45,839 bases of DNA, from positions 1 through 45,839 of the forward strand of contig NIVC01004441.1 of assembly GCA_002269645.1 (NCBI GenBank), written 5' to 3'. Of this stretch, positions 28,705 to 40,345 are shown one piece after another. A model generated the notes under the pieces. The model saw only the letters and a program-made list of their open reading frames with translations, was not told the DNA's origin and made no database searches. The DNA is from Macrostomum lignano (lineage: Eukaryota). The position numbers were made by a program, and so were the translations under genes. Every line of letters starts with the position of its first letter. Positions within the stretch are counted from its first letter, which is position 1.

Positions 28705-29505
28705 AGTCAGAGTAAAAACCTGCGAGTCTGAGAGCAGGAGCGAATCTGAGTCAGCAGGAGCACACCTGTGAGTCAGAGACCAGGAACACATCTGTGAGTA
28801 AGAGACCAGGAGCACACCTATGAGTCTGAGCTAGTAGGAGCAAATATGAGTCAGAGCAGGAGCACACCTGTGAGTCAGAGACCAGGAGCACATTTGTGAG
28901 TCAGAGACGAGGAGCACACCTGTGAGTCAGAGACCAGGAGCACACCTGTGAGTCAGAGACCAGGAGCACACCTGTGAGTCAGAGACCAGGAGCACACCTG
29001 TGAGTCAGAGACCAGGAGCACATTTGTGAGTCAGAGAGCAGAGCACCAAGTCAGAGACCAGGAGCACATCTGAGTCAGAGAGCAGAACACTCAAGTCAGA
29101 GACCAGGAGCACACCTGTGAGTCAGAGACCAGGAGCACACCTGTGAGTCAGAGACCAGGAGCACACCTGTGAGTCAGAGACCAGGAGCACATTTGTGAGT
29201 CAGAGACCAGGAGCACATTTGTGAGTCAGAGACCAGGAGCACATTTGTGAGTCAGAGACCAGGAGCACACCTGTGAGTCAGAGACCAGGAGCACATTTGT
29301 GAGTCAGAGACCAGGAGCACACCTGTGAGTCAGAGACCAGGAGCACACCTGTGAGTCAGAGACCAGGAGCACACCTGTGAGTCAGAGACCAGGAGCACAC
29401 CTGTGAGTCAGAGACCAGGAGCACATTTGTGAGTCAGAGACCAGGAGCACACCTGTGAGTAAGAGACCAGGAGTAAATCTGATTCAGAGCAGGAGCGCAC
29501 CGATG
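28705..29505. repeat. 26-bp minisatellite (GAGTCAGAGACCAGGAGCACACCTGT), about 28 copies
   Basis: Periodic core with degenerate edges. Confidence 0.96.
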
Positions 29506-30289
29506 AGTCTAAACGAAAAAAGCTGATTGAGAAGCCATACATGAGGTCAATTCTCTTCTCTTAATTTTGTGCTGTAGAGAATGAATCTCTGCAAGCTCTC
29601 AAAGATTTATTCAATTCCGAAATTCGAGCCACTAAATGTTTTAACTGCTGCAAATTAGATTCTCTTCGAGGTGAGATAACAGACATGGAATATTAAAACA
29701 GCCTATCAGTGAAAAAGAGATAAGCGACAGCGAGCATTGTCAAATTAAATTTAATTGGCATAAAATAACTGATTATTTCAAGGACTACAGGTTAATTGAC
29801 ATTATTAATTTATTTATTAAATTTCACTTTATCGTTTTCGGTGAGAAAATAAGATCAAAAGGTGCCGGCCGCAGTGCTTTGACGACGCAGCGCGCACGCG
29901 ATAATTGGGACAGGTGAGAGAAAACGAACGCCGAGCCCTTTTATTCTAGTCATAAAATGCAATGTGGGTTAATTAGCGCACAGGTGAGACAGATAATAAA
30001 ATGCTGAAAGGAGTATGTACACCTGGGGATAGACAGAACTGATACGAGGGGGGGGGGTTGCACAGCGGCGTGAGGCGGGTGTGGGAAATGCAAACCAAAC
30101 CGCTAACAAATCTTCTACATCATAATAACTAAAAGAAGAGAAAATAACAGATTAGAAGTTAGGAAAAAAATTACAATTATGCTTTACACTTGCCATATGC
30201 TTTTCTTATACTGTAGGTGATACCTGATTGGGCTAATGAGCAGAGGGGTAAGAGGAGACCTAGGGTTCCGAAGATGCAGGTGCACACAG

Positions 30290-30670
30290 GGGGGCAGGGG
30301 GACAGGAGCAGAGGGGCAGGGTAGGGGCAGAGGGGGCAGAGGGGGCAGGGTAGGGGCAGAGGGGGCAGAGGGGGCAGGGTAGGGGCAGAGGGGGCAGAGG
30401 GGGCTGGGTAGGGGCAGAGGGGCAGAGGGGCAGGGTAGGGGCAGAGGTGGCAGAGGGGGCTGGGTAGGGCAGAGAGGGCAGGGTAGGGGCAGAGGGGGCT
30501 GGGTAGGGGCAGAGGGGGCAGAGGGGGCAGGGTAGGGGCAGAGGGGGCAGGGTAGGGGCAGAGAGGGCAGGGTAGGGGCAGAGGGGCAGAGGGGGCAGGG
30601 TAGGGGCAGAGGGGGCAGGGAGGGGCAGAGGGCAGGGGAGGTGCAGAGGGAGCAGGGGAAGAGCAGAGAG
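30290..30670. repeat. G-rich low-complexity repeat (GGGGCAGAGGGGCAGGGTA), G-quadruplex-prone
   Basis: Dense runs of 3-6 G separated by short spacers. Confidence 0.9.
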
Positions 30671-30781
30671 GCAAAGTGGCGGGCAGAGGGTCAGCAGGTA
30701 ACAGAATAACAGAAAATACAAACCAGAATTCAAAAAGTCTAACGAGTTCCCCGAAGCCGCCAGCGCAGTCATTCGGCCAGC

Positions 30782-32355
30782 TCAGGACTTCTTGTGCTTG
30801 CGAGCGTCCTGGCACTTGGGGCAGAACCACTTGCCCTTGGGCTTGGTGCTCAGGCCCACGCAGTTGAAGTGAAACCACTCGATCGGGCAGTCGACATTGT
30901 CGCAGCCGATCATGTCGCCGTAGGACACCTGGTGGCAGATGCAGTAGGTCGGCTCGTTCGGGTCCACCGGCATGTCCAGCACCTCCGCCGGGTTGTTCGT
31001 CAGCGTCAGGGTCAGCGCCGCCGTGATCGGCAGGCCGGACGGCGGCAGTTGCGACGCTGCATCGTCGGCCGTGGAGGCCGCCGTTCCCGCCTCCAGCTTG
31101 ATGGACTTGCGCCCGGACGCCGCGTCAGCGCCGTTGTCCGCGTCGGCGCGCTGGCGCCGTTTCCGACCGCGTCGGGCGCCGCTTGGCTCGCCAGCGCCGT
31201 CGTCTCCACCGTCGACCGCGTCGGCGCCTCCGCCGCCGCCAGAAGCACCGACACCGGCGGCGCCACCGCCTTTAGCGGCGCGGTTGGCGCGCTCCTTGAG
31301 CTCGGCCTCAAAGCGGGCCAGGTCAGTGTCCAGCCGGCGGATGTGTCGGTCCACCATCTCGTATGTCTGCATGGCCAGCTGCACCTGCCAGACGGTCACC
31401 AATTGAAACAGGCTTAATGTGAGCTTCCTTCTGATGGCTCTCTGATACCAGGATGAACAGAGCTCAGACTCACGCATCACGCTTCAGGGTAAAAAGGTTT
31501 TGTTTACAAGCCTGTGAGATCACAACTGCTGCATGCTGCACTAATCGAAGGGTAACACACCTGACTCTAAGGTTACACACCTGACTCTAAGGTAAACACA
31601 TCTGACACCAATGTAACACACCTGACTCCAAGGTAACACATCTGACACCAATGTAACACACCTGACTCCAAGGTAACACATCTGACACCAATGTAACACA
31701 CCTGACTCCAAGGTAACAAACCTGACTCCAAGGTAACACACCTGACTCTAAGGTAACACACCTGACTCCAAGGTAACACACCTGACTCTAAGGTAAACAC
31801 ACCTGACTCTAAGGTAAACACACCTGACTCCAAGGTAACAAACCTGACTCCAAGGTAACACACCTGACTCTAAGGTAACACACCTGACTCTAAGGTAAAC
31901 ACACCTGACTCTAAGGTAAACACACCTGACTCTAAGGAAAACACACCTGAATCCAGGGTAACACACCTGACTCTAAAATAACACACCTGACTCTAAGGTA
32001 AACACACCTGAATCTAAGGTAAACACACCTGACTCTAAGATAACACAACTGACTCTAAGGAAACACACCTGACTCCAAGGTAGCATACTATAATAGCCTC
32101 CTCCACTCACTTTCTCATCAGCAAGCACCCGCCCTCGGAGAAGAACGCGCCAATCTCTTTGCACTTGTCAGCTCGCTCGGCCTTGCCCATAGACCGCGCT
32201 TCGGTCAGGTACTTGGCGGTGGCCTCCTCGGCCTCGCCCAGAATTGACTGCACCTTCTGATCGTGGTCGCGAATCAGATTGAAATTCCGTTCCAGGTCAG
32301 CCGGCAAGCTTTCCAAGCTGTCCAGATAGTGCTCCAGGTACATCGCGGATGCCAT
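30782..32355 (-). CDS. ING5: Inhibitor of growth protein (ING4/ING5-like), exons 32111-32355 and 30782-31384, with a 1-nt frameshift at about 32132-32134
   Basis: N-terminus [28 protein letters not shown]; ADEK|[19 protein letters not shown]; PHD finger [51 protein letters not shown]. Exon 1 is 245 nt, one short of in-frame. ING4 versus ING5 is not resolved. Confidence 0.92.
31550..32075. repeat. 20/21-bp minisatellite (AACACACCTGACTCTAAGGT) filling the ING intron
   Basis: Direct periodicity. Confidence 0.95.
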
Positions 32356-32469
32356 CTTGGCTGATAGCGCATGCGATAATTTGCAGGTATTAAATTCTAA
32401 ATAAATCAATAAATAATAATTAATACAGAACGTAATATTAAAGCTAATCAGTATGACTGAATAAGGCAT

Positions 32470-32660
32470 TGATCCTAATCCCATTAGGCATCAGTCCTAT
32501 TCCCATTAGGCATCAATCCTATTCCCATTAGGCATCAATCCTATTCCCATTAGGCATCAATCCTATTCCCATTAGGCATCAATCCTATTCCCATTAGGCA
32601 TCAATCCTATTCCAATCAGGCATCGATCCTAACCCCATTAGGCATCAATCTTACTCCTAT
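32470..32660. repeat. 22-bp tandem repeat (TCCTATTCCCATTAGGCATCAA), about 8 copies
   Basis: Period of 22 seen at 32531 and 32553. Confidence 0.92.
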
Positions 32661-33126
32661 TAGGCATGGAGCCTACCAGAGGAAAGCAGAGAAGCCAGGA
32701 AGACACATAGCAAAGAGAAAATGTATTTAATAATTTTGACAGCTTGCAAAATTGACAGTAGAAATTCACAGCCATTATCCAAGAAACAGTAATGTATCAA
32801 TATTGTCTAAAACTACAAAATCAGCCAGTCGAGGTCGAAAGCACCGAAGCCAGCGGAGGGACAGAAGGGCATAAATAGAGAGGATTATTGGCAATAAAAA
32901 TGCAGGTTTCCAATGGACGGGGCAGGACTGGAAGGCACCGCAAAGTGATTTATTAAAGGCTGACTTTATTAAAATAAAACAAACATGTTTATAAAGAGTT
33001 CGTGAAAAAGCTTTGAAAGTTTCAAAACAAAAGCCAGAATTTCTAAGCTGCTTTAAAGCTTGGTTGAATATTATTTTGTAAAGTTAAAACGGCCCTTTTC
33101 AGGGCACCCATAACCATATATGGAAG

Positions 33127-33426
33127 TCAGGAAGCGGCTGTAAACGTGAAGCCGCGCTTAGCCAGATCCGCCTTGGCCGTCTCGATCTCCTTCACCAATT
33201 CGGCGTGCGCCTGCGGACAGTCGACAAAGGTGAGCACGCGGTAGACAACAGTGATTAGGGAGGCCAGGCCCAGCGCCAGGGCGCAGTACACGGGCAGGAA
33301 GGCGGCCGCGTGGCGCCAGACGAGCCCAGGGTTAGCGGGCGCCACGGCGCCAGACAGCATCAGCAGCCAGGCGGTTAGGAGGGCCAGGCCGGCGAGCAGC
33401 CATTGATGCAGCTTAGTGAGAGCCAT
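33127..33426 (-). CDS. DPM3: Dolichol-phosphate mannosyltransferase subunit 3
   Basis: 99 aa: MALTKLHQW, two TM helices, then YRVLTFVDCPQAHAELVKEIETAKADLAKRGF, matching the DPM3 C-terminal coiled coil. Confidence 0.93.
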   Translation of the reverse strand: MALTKLHQWLLAGLALLTAWLLMLSGAVAPANPGLVWRHAAAFLPVYCALALGLASLITVVYRVLTFVDCPQAHAELVKEIETAKADLAKRGFTFTAAS

Positions 33427-34182
33427 GATAGGCCAGCTGCGGGATATTCATTGAAATCGATCAATCAAGACTTTATAGTTATTGACATTTTGACGTGTCG
33501 AGTTAGTTACGAGCGTATAAAAATATGAATCGAGTTATCTTTTGCCGATAGGGCACAGGTTCGTTCACACTGCCATTAAATTAGACAAATTTTTGGACAA
33601 ATACAAATACTCGGTACTCGTTTCTAACCGAGTTTTAACGAGCATTAGACGAGTATTTATAAATCAACCATTCGCAACTGACCCGTCAATTTTGATGCCG
33701 ATTGGATTGAAACTTTTAAAAAGTAATATTCACGATTTTCTTTCCTAGGAAAGGCAGAAAATCAACTTTTATGAAGTGATTTTTCCCGCGAAATTGAAGA
33801 TTTTAAAAAAGCTGCACAGCGCAGCATGCTTTTTGATCTGGCACTCAGAATTCTTCCCCTTTTTCAGATGCTCGGTACTTGATAACTCGCTCAGCTCTGG
33901 TCCCGAGTTCCCGACTTTTCTTCGAGTCGGACACGAGCCCAGACTTTTGCCGGGATTCTCGGCAGAACTTTTTCGTGCCTCGGACCGGAACAGGCTTTGC
34001 AGTCCGAATATTAAAATAAATGACGGACGTTGCGACAACGATGTTGAGAAACTTATGGTATATAAGTTAGCGACTGTCAACAAAAAAAGCAGAAGAGCGA
34101 CAGAAAATCGATCGATAAATTATTTTATTTCAATAAGTCGAAACCAGACAAAAAAGGTATTATTTAGACGCGGCTGAGACCG

Positions 34183-35034
34183 TCAGCCCAGCAGCTTGGC
34201 CAGCAGGTCGGCCCGCTCGGCGCCAACCCGAGCCAGGCAGGCGGGCAGGCAGAGCAGCTGGAAGGCCAGCACCGCCTGCAGGCAGATGGCCGCGTAGGCC
34301 AGTCGAGCTCCGGCCGTGTCGGCCGAGTAGGCGAGTCCTCCGCTGCCTCCGGAGGTTGTCGTTGCCGCCGTCAGTTCGCCGACCAGAACGTGCAGGCAGG
34401 CGACAAAGGCAACTGTGGCCAGCAGGGCGATGCTGGCGCAGGCGAACGCGGCGAATAGAAGGCGACGCTGGACGGCGAATTGGCGAGCGGCGAAACCGGC
34501 CAGAGCCAGGAGGGCGAGGCAGGCGGCCAGGCAGACGGGGGTGGCGGCCTGGCACAGCAGCATGGCGGGCCGGAAGCGGCAAAGGGCCGGCAGGGCCGCG
34601 CAGTCGGGGGGCTCGGAGGCGCAGCGCAGGCCGCCGCTGCTGTTGCCGGGGACAGCCAGGTCGCAGTGATGGCCGAGGCTCAGCAGGCGGGTGACGGCGA
34701 CAGCGGGAGGCTGATGGCGGCTGCGCGGTCGCGAAGATGTCGACGACGCCGTCGCGCCTCCAGTGGCGACCTCGCGCACCAGATCGGAGACGAGAGGCGC
34801 ACACACGGCCAGGCAGACGGCGAAGCAGGCCAGGATGCCCACGGACAGGTGAACCGGGCGGAGCCGCTTCAGTCGCCAAGCGGGACCCCCGCCGCAGGCG
34901 GCTGCGGCCAGCAGGGGCGGCAGCGACTGGCGGCGGCTCTCGGGGGAGATAGCGGCGTCGCGGCCTTCAGCGTCGGCAAGAAGCGGCAGTTTTGAATTGT
35001 CATCGTCGGCACGGTACCCGGGCGAGCAGCTCAT
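34183..35034 (-). CDS. Single-exon four-TM protein, claudin/PMP22-superfamily-like topology
   Basis: ATG at 35034; four hydrophobic segments; long Cys-containing first loop; YS...G..LAY pattern before TM4. Family assignment is inferred. Confidence 0.6.
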   Translation of the reverse strand: MSCSPGYRADDDNSKLPLLADAEGRDAAISPESRRQSLPPLLAAAACGGGPAWRLKRLRPVHLSVGILACFAVCLAVCAPLVSDLVREVATGGATASSTSSRPRSRHQPPAVAVTRLLSLGHHCDLAVPGNSSGGLRCASEPPDCAALPALCRFRPAMLLCQAATPVCLAACLALLALAGFAARQFAVQRRLLFAAFACASIALLATVAFVACLHVLVGELTAATTTSGGSGGLAYSADTAGARLAYAAICLQAVLAFQLLCLPACLARVGAERADLLAKLLG

Positions 35035-37924
35035 GGCGCGGCTTTTTGCGCACAAATTTTATCAGTGTATCGGATTGGCTTGGGCAGATAGGGCCGGATT
35101 CACAATTTCTTAGATTTTGTCTTCAGTGTCTTCGGACAAGGTCCTACGCATATATAATTTTTTGTTACAAGGCCTTAGGCTGTAAGACTGTGGGGTGGTG
35201 GGGCAGGCGGACAAGAGCGGGGGTTGCAATGTACACTCGCGCCCGGAACAGAGGGGGGCGGGTGACTGGCGGTTGTACACAGTGGGGGGAGGCTAACGAA
35301 CACTTAAAAAGGGTAGTCTGTAATTAAAAGGCTAATGTAAGTAAACAAGTCTATGAAATCACGTGACTGGTCCTGACTTACGTACAAAGCAATCAATCTT
35401 AAACCTGTCGTCATCATCATTAGAAAGCTGGGCCAGTTCAGGCGCGTTCCGTCAAATCCAAGATCACCTACTGAGGAGTAGCAAGAAATGAATATGAAGC
35501 GTATCATTTCCTAAAGTTAGCGAAAAAATCGAACATATTTTAACATGTTATGGGTGGGTCGGTCCTGGCTCTTGTAAACACTACTATTGACTATAGTCAT
35601 CAGAAACTAATTTTTGCATTAGAACATAGTTTGGTGTTGTTCTTTTATGATTAAGTTGTACTGGCCATTGATAGCAATAAGAATAGCCTTTAAACCAGTT
35701 GTCACAAATCAGTCCTGACCAGTTATGAGTTTGAATCTTATATTAGACAATACATTGAATCTGTGCTTCCATTTTTGATAAAGTTGAAAAGCACTTTCAC
35801 TGTGACTATGAACACTAGTTAGTTATTGCATTTCTAATCAAAACATGTTCATTGGTGAGAAGACCAGAGTTCTATGCAGAGAACTGCACAGTAAAGGTCA
35901 AAAGGCTTTGGGCCCATTCCATATAAGATGGACATATTTGGAAAATAGAAAAAAGTCAATATTTTTGCTTGTCATTGCCTTATCAGCCAATTTTTTTTAC
36001 CAAATCTTTATTGTATGTAATGTATACAATCTAAGAATAAATAAATGATAAAATGTTGGATTAGTATGTTATCAAGTGGCAAAAAGTTATTTTTGTAAAA
36101 AATTGGACATTTTCTAAGCAAAAGACATCATTAAGTTTATGTACCTTTTAAAAACAAATAGAAAGCTTTAGAAGGTTAAAACAAACTATATATAAAATTA
36201 TAGTAATTGCATCATCAGATGAAAACATTAGCAACCATATAATCTATTGTATTTTTAATATATTAGTACTTCAAAGTTACTGAATTGACAGAAAAAATAT
36301 GTTACGACCATAATGTTACAACCATAAGGCTGCCTTTTCTTTTGTATCTTTGTTGCCTTTTTGAGTTTATATATTCTAATAAAAGAGTATGACTTCTAAA
36401 GATGTTCTTAGTCAAATTTAAAAAAATTATTACCAAATATCAAAAATGAAAAATGTTATAAGACTTTTACCTTTTAGTTTCTATATGTCAAAAATCCTGT
36501 TGTTACAACCATAAGTGCCATTCAAGGTTTAATAGCATCTATACTAATGATGATATCTATATGAAACTTTATAAACATATTCTTGACAAAATAATCTTTC
36601 ATTCAAAATATTGGTTTAGTATATTCTATTATTATATTTCATTTTATAAGTAAAAATAGTCTGTCATGTTACGACCATAATTATATGGAATGGCCCTTTG
36701 CTATATTTGGGCAAGGCAGTTTTACATGGAATCAACTATATATCTCCAGTCACACTTGCCATTTGCAAAGGCTACATTGTACCAGGTGCAGCATCTGAAC
36801 CCTCCACAAGGATGGCCAAGCCTTAGCAATTCTCTCACAACGAAGTTACCATGATTGACAGGGAATGGAGACAACTGGTATTGGAGATTTCTAATAAAAA
36901 TAAAAATTCTAGAGAGCACTACTTAGTCTGCTGTCTTACACTTCTGGCTCATTTTTGAAGTATAAGGATACTATATAAAAAAAGTTTTTAGTTTTTAACT
37001 TTGTTTAATTGAAAAAATCCAATTACTAGTCCAATTTCGAAATTGATGATTTAAAGTGTTGCATAAAATAGTATAAAATATATCATAAAATAAAGATTGT
37101 ATAAAATATATCATTATATAAAAAATGTAGGTAGTTTTTTTTCTAAGAGTGAGATATATACAAAAACTTGCACAAAAATTACACACAACTTTCTATTCCA
37201 AAATTACTATGCAAAGATTCTATCTTAGTATATAATAATATAGCACATAGGGCATATAGATAACACTTAATAAACAGGTCTATAATCCACTTAACAAAAT
37301 ACTGTTTTAACAAAACACAGTATTTTGTTAAACTAATATAAGCAAAAAGAATCAATAACTAAACAAATTAAAAAAAGGATACTAACATATATATTTATGG
37401 CAGTGCTTATTATTCCCTTTGTCATAATGCCAATGGTTACATATTATCGATATAGTATTAAGCCAACAATGCCCTGCTTATTTGACTTATGCACAACTGC
37501 TAGCCAACCCTGCCCATCTAGCCACTGTAAATTGTGAAGAATATAAATATAATACTAATTAGCTAAATTTTATATGTAATGAAACATTTTGCCTTAATAA
37601 GATAATCATAGTTATTCCTGCTATTTATCCAAAATTTGCTTTAGCTTTAGGGTTGCTTTAGGGTTTTTTTTTAAAAGCTGCATTTTTTTAAAAAGTAAGT
37701 TGCATGGCTAGTATAAATCAGGGGGGTTACATATGTTTGATTTGAATAATAGCTAAATTATAAATATATCATAGGCCTATTCTTAGCATATGCCATACTA
37801 ATAAACAATATTATCCATGTAGTACCATGTCAAAAATGCTTTGCTTATTTACATAGCAGCTACATTATAATATTTGACTTGGACTTGGAAAATTACATTA
37901 TATTAAAATAGGCTAAACTAAAAA

Positions 37925-40345
37925 AGGTAATAGTCCAATTCAGTAACAGCCACTTTGGTAACAGCCATTTCAGTAACAAATGATGTCCAATTCAGTAATA
38001 GCCATTTTGGTAAAAGCCATTTAGGTTAAAATTAGTGGAAATAAAATATATATTGATTGATATACTCAAAAAAGATTTTGCAAACAAACTTTAAAGAAAG
38101 AACGACAAAAAAGTAATTAAGATACATTCTCACAAACTTTGAGATTTGGATTGATAATGAAAACTAGGCCTAAGCATATTTTAGTCTACATGTATTTTTA
38201 TTTTTATTTCCAGTTGTGGCAGATGCATATATATAAGCTAAGATATCCTGTTGACCAAATATTGTATATATTAGAATCTCTGAGTTAGCAACTTCATTTA
38301 CCAAATCTACTTTTTTCTTCATTTATAATTAGAAATACTTATCCCCACAGTCCCATGTCAATAATTCCAATTTTATCCACACAGATCCGTGTCAATAATT
38401 TCCAGCTTATCTCTATGGCAGCTCATTGGGATAGAGAACCTTAAAATGAATCTGTTCAAAAATCTGTTCATTTGTTTGTTTTCACTTTTCTACAAATCTT
38501 CCAAATAAACTAGCCTACTGAATACTGAATAGTATTGAGTACTTTGTTAAAACTTTTTTGTCATTAAAAGGGTTAATTTTAAATATTTGCTTAGCTGCCA
38601 GCTTTGCTTAGAATGACTAAACAACCTTAAGATTGAGGCAAATGAGACTTGCAAAATTCAAATTTCAAAATGTAATACTTGTAATAATGATAATTATAAT
38701 TTAATGTCAGTACACAAAACTAAACAACTGCACAATCTTAGCTGTGGGGAAAAGCTGAAAATTCTTGACACATCTGTGTGGATAAAATTAGAATTATTGA
38801 CATGGCCTATAGACTTGAATAGTGGGCAGTGGCAGCTATTTCAATAAGCTGCAGTGAGAATAAGCTGTAGAAGTTAAATTATCAACATGGATCCATGTGG
38901 ATAAAATTGGAATTATTGATATAGCCTATAGACTTGAATGGTGGCAGCTGTTTCAATAAGCTGCCATGCAGGGGATAAGCTAAAAATTATCGACATAGAT
39001 CTGTGGATAAAATTGGAATTTTTGGCATAGGACCGTGGGGATAAGCACTTCCTTTATAATTACTTACTTCAAATTTCAATTTTCAACAATTGCTTAATGT
39101 TCTTTGCTGCCTTTAATTTTTTTTACAAAGTTAATGCACAAATGTAACCAAATTAGAATATGCTCAAAGAGAAGTAAATCTAAACATTCATAGGCCTATA
39201 GCTTATTACGAATATGTCTAAGAATTATTAATCATATAATATTATAACTTATATCATTGAAAATATCCAACTAGACTAGAAGGGCAAAGATAAGCCCTCT
39301 GCTTGTTAATCAAAATAGGTCCTTATGAAACCCAATAAAAATAAAAATACAAAGTGTAAATAATATAACATTATATGTGTAATGAAATATGCATTTATTT
39401 TTGTATTGCTAGTATTTTTTAAGAATTTATACTAATGTTAAATATTCTAGGAATGTAATATACCAACTATTTACTTACTGTAATTTTTATTATATTATTT
39501 GTTTTGAATAGTGTTTTGTATGCAAATATAAGGTAAAACCAGTTTAAACCAGTTAGGCATGCATTGTACAATTGGTCTCTCAGGTGGCTACAAATAAGCT
39601 TAACCTTTAGACACTTCATCATAGACATAGATGTCACACTACTTGCCGTAGACATAGACTTATACTAGAATATTACATTATTTAAGTTCACTTAGAGTGT
39701 AGTTAATATTGCAACTATTATTACTATAATTAGCCCAATCCCAATACTAATTTTATCCAATATATAATAGTTATAGTGAGTTAGTAAGCCAGTGTGTGCT
39801 ACCTAATCTAACTAGATCATTAATATTATAATATTTACAGTCAACCTATATTAACCTACACAAATATTAAACCTGATTGCCCTGGCAGCGTCTTTGTTTC
39901 AATTTCTTTTATTCAACTCCAGTATAGAGAATTTGAATAGCAACCACAAGAAGTTAATATATTGCATAAATATTGTTATTTAGCTTTAGCTATTATGCAA
40001 ATAAGCAGGGCACTATTGGCATGACATCATGTGGATAATATTATCAGGATTAGCATGGGGATGTAGGAATAAACACTGATATTATTCTTGCATTTGCAAG
40101 GAGCCAAGATGTTAGGCTTAGTATCTTTCATATTTGGTAATATTAATCAGCTTAAACATAATGAATAAATATTTCTACTTGAATTTGAACCTTGCAGTGT
40201 GTGAGTATGTAGATTAGAGTACATTTTCAATTTATTTCCTATCTTTCTTAGCTAGCACTAACCTAACACTTAATTTTTCAGCATACCAAAATATACTATT
40301 ACCAAAGTGGCTATTACCTAAGTGGACTTTTACTGGGACATCCAA
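37925..40345. mobile_element. Possible decayed DNA transposon with inverted subterminal (C/T)RGTAAYAGCCAYTT repeats
   Basis: Tandem ttcagtaacagccactttggtaacagccattt at about 37935-38025, with reverse-complement copies (tattaccaaagtggctattacctaagtggac) at about 40295-40330. Confidence 0.45.
38336..39047. mobile_element. Foldback/MITE-like element with about 90-bp inverted arms (38336-38423 and 38959-39047)
   Basis: Arms align as agctgccat..gataagct..aaattatYgacaYRgatctgtg..gataaaattggaatt...gacYgtggggataag. Further copies of the motif at 38740-38930. Confidence 0.65.

Noticed and set aside
33769-34177. ORFs between the tetraspan gene and DPM3
   Set aside because: No homology cues; more simply read as intergenic or UTR sequence.
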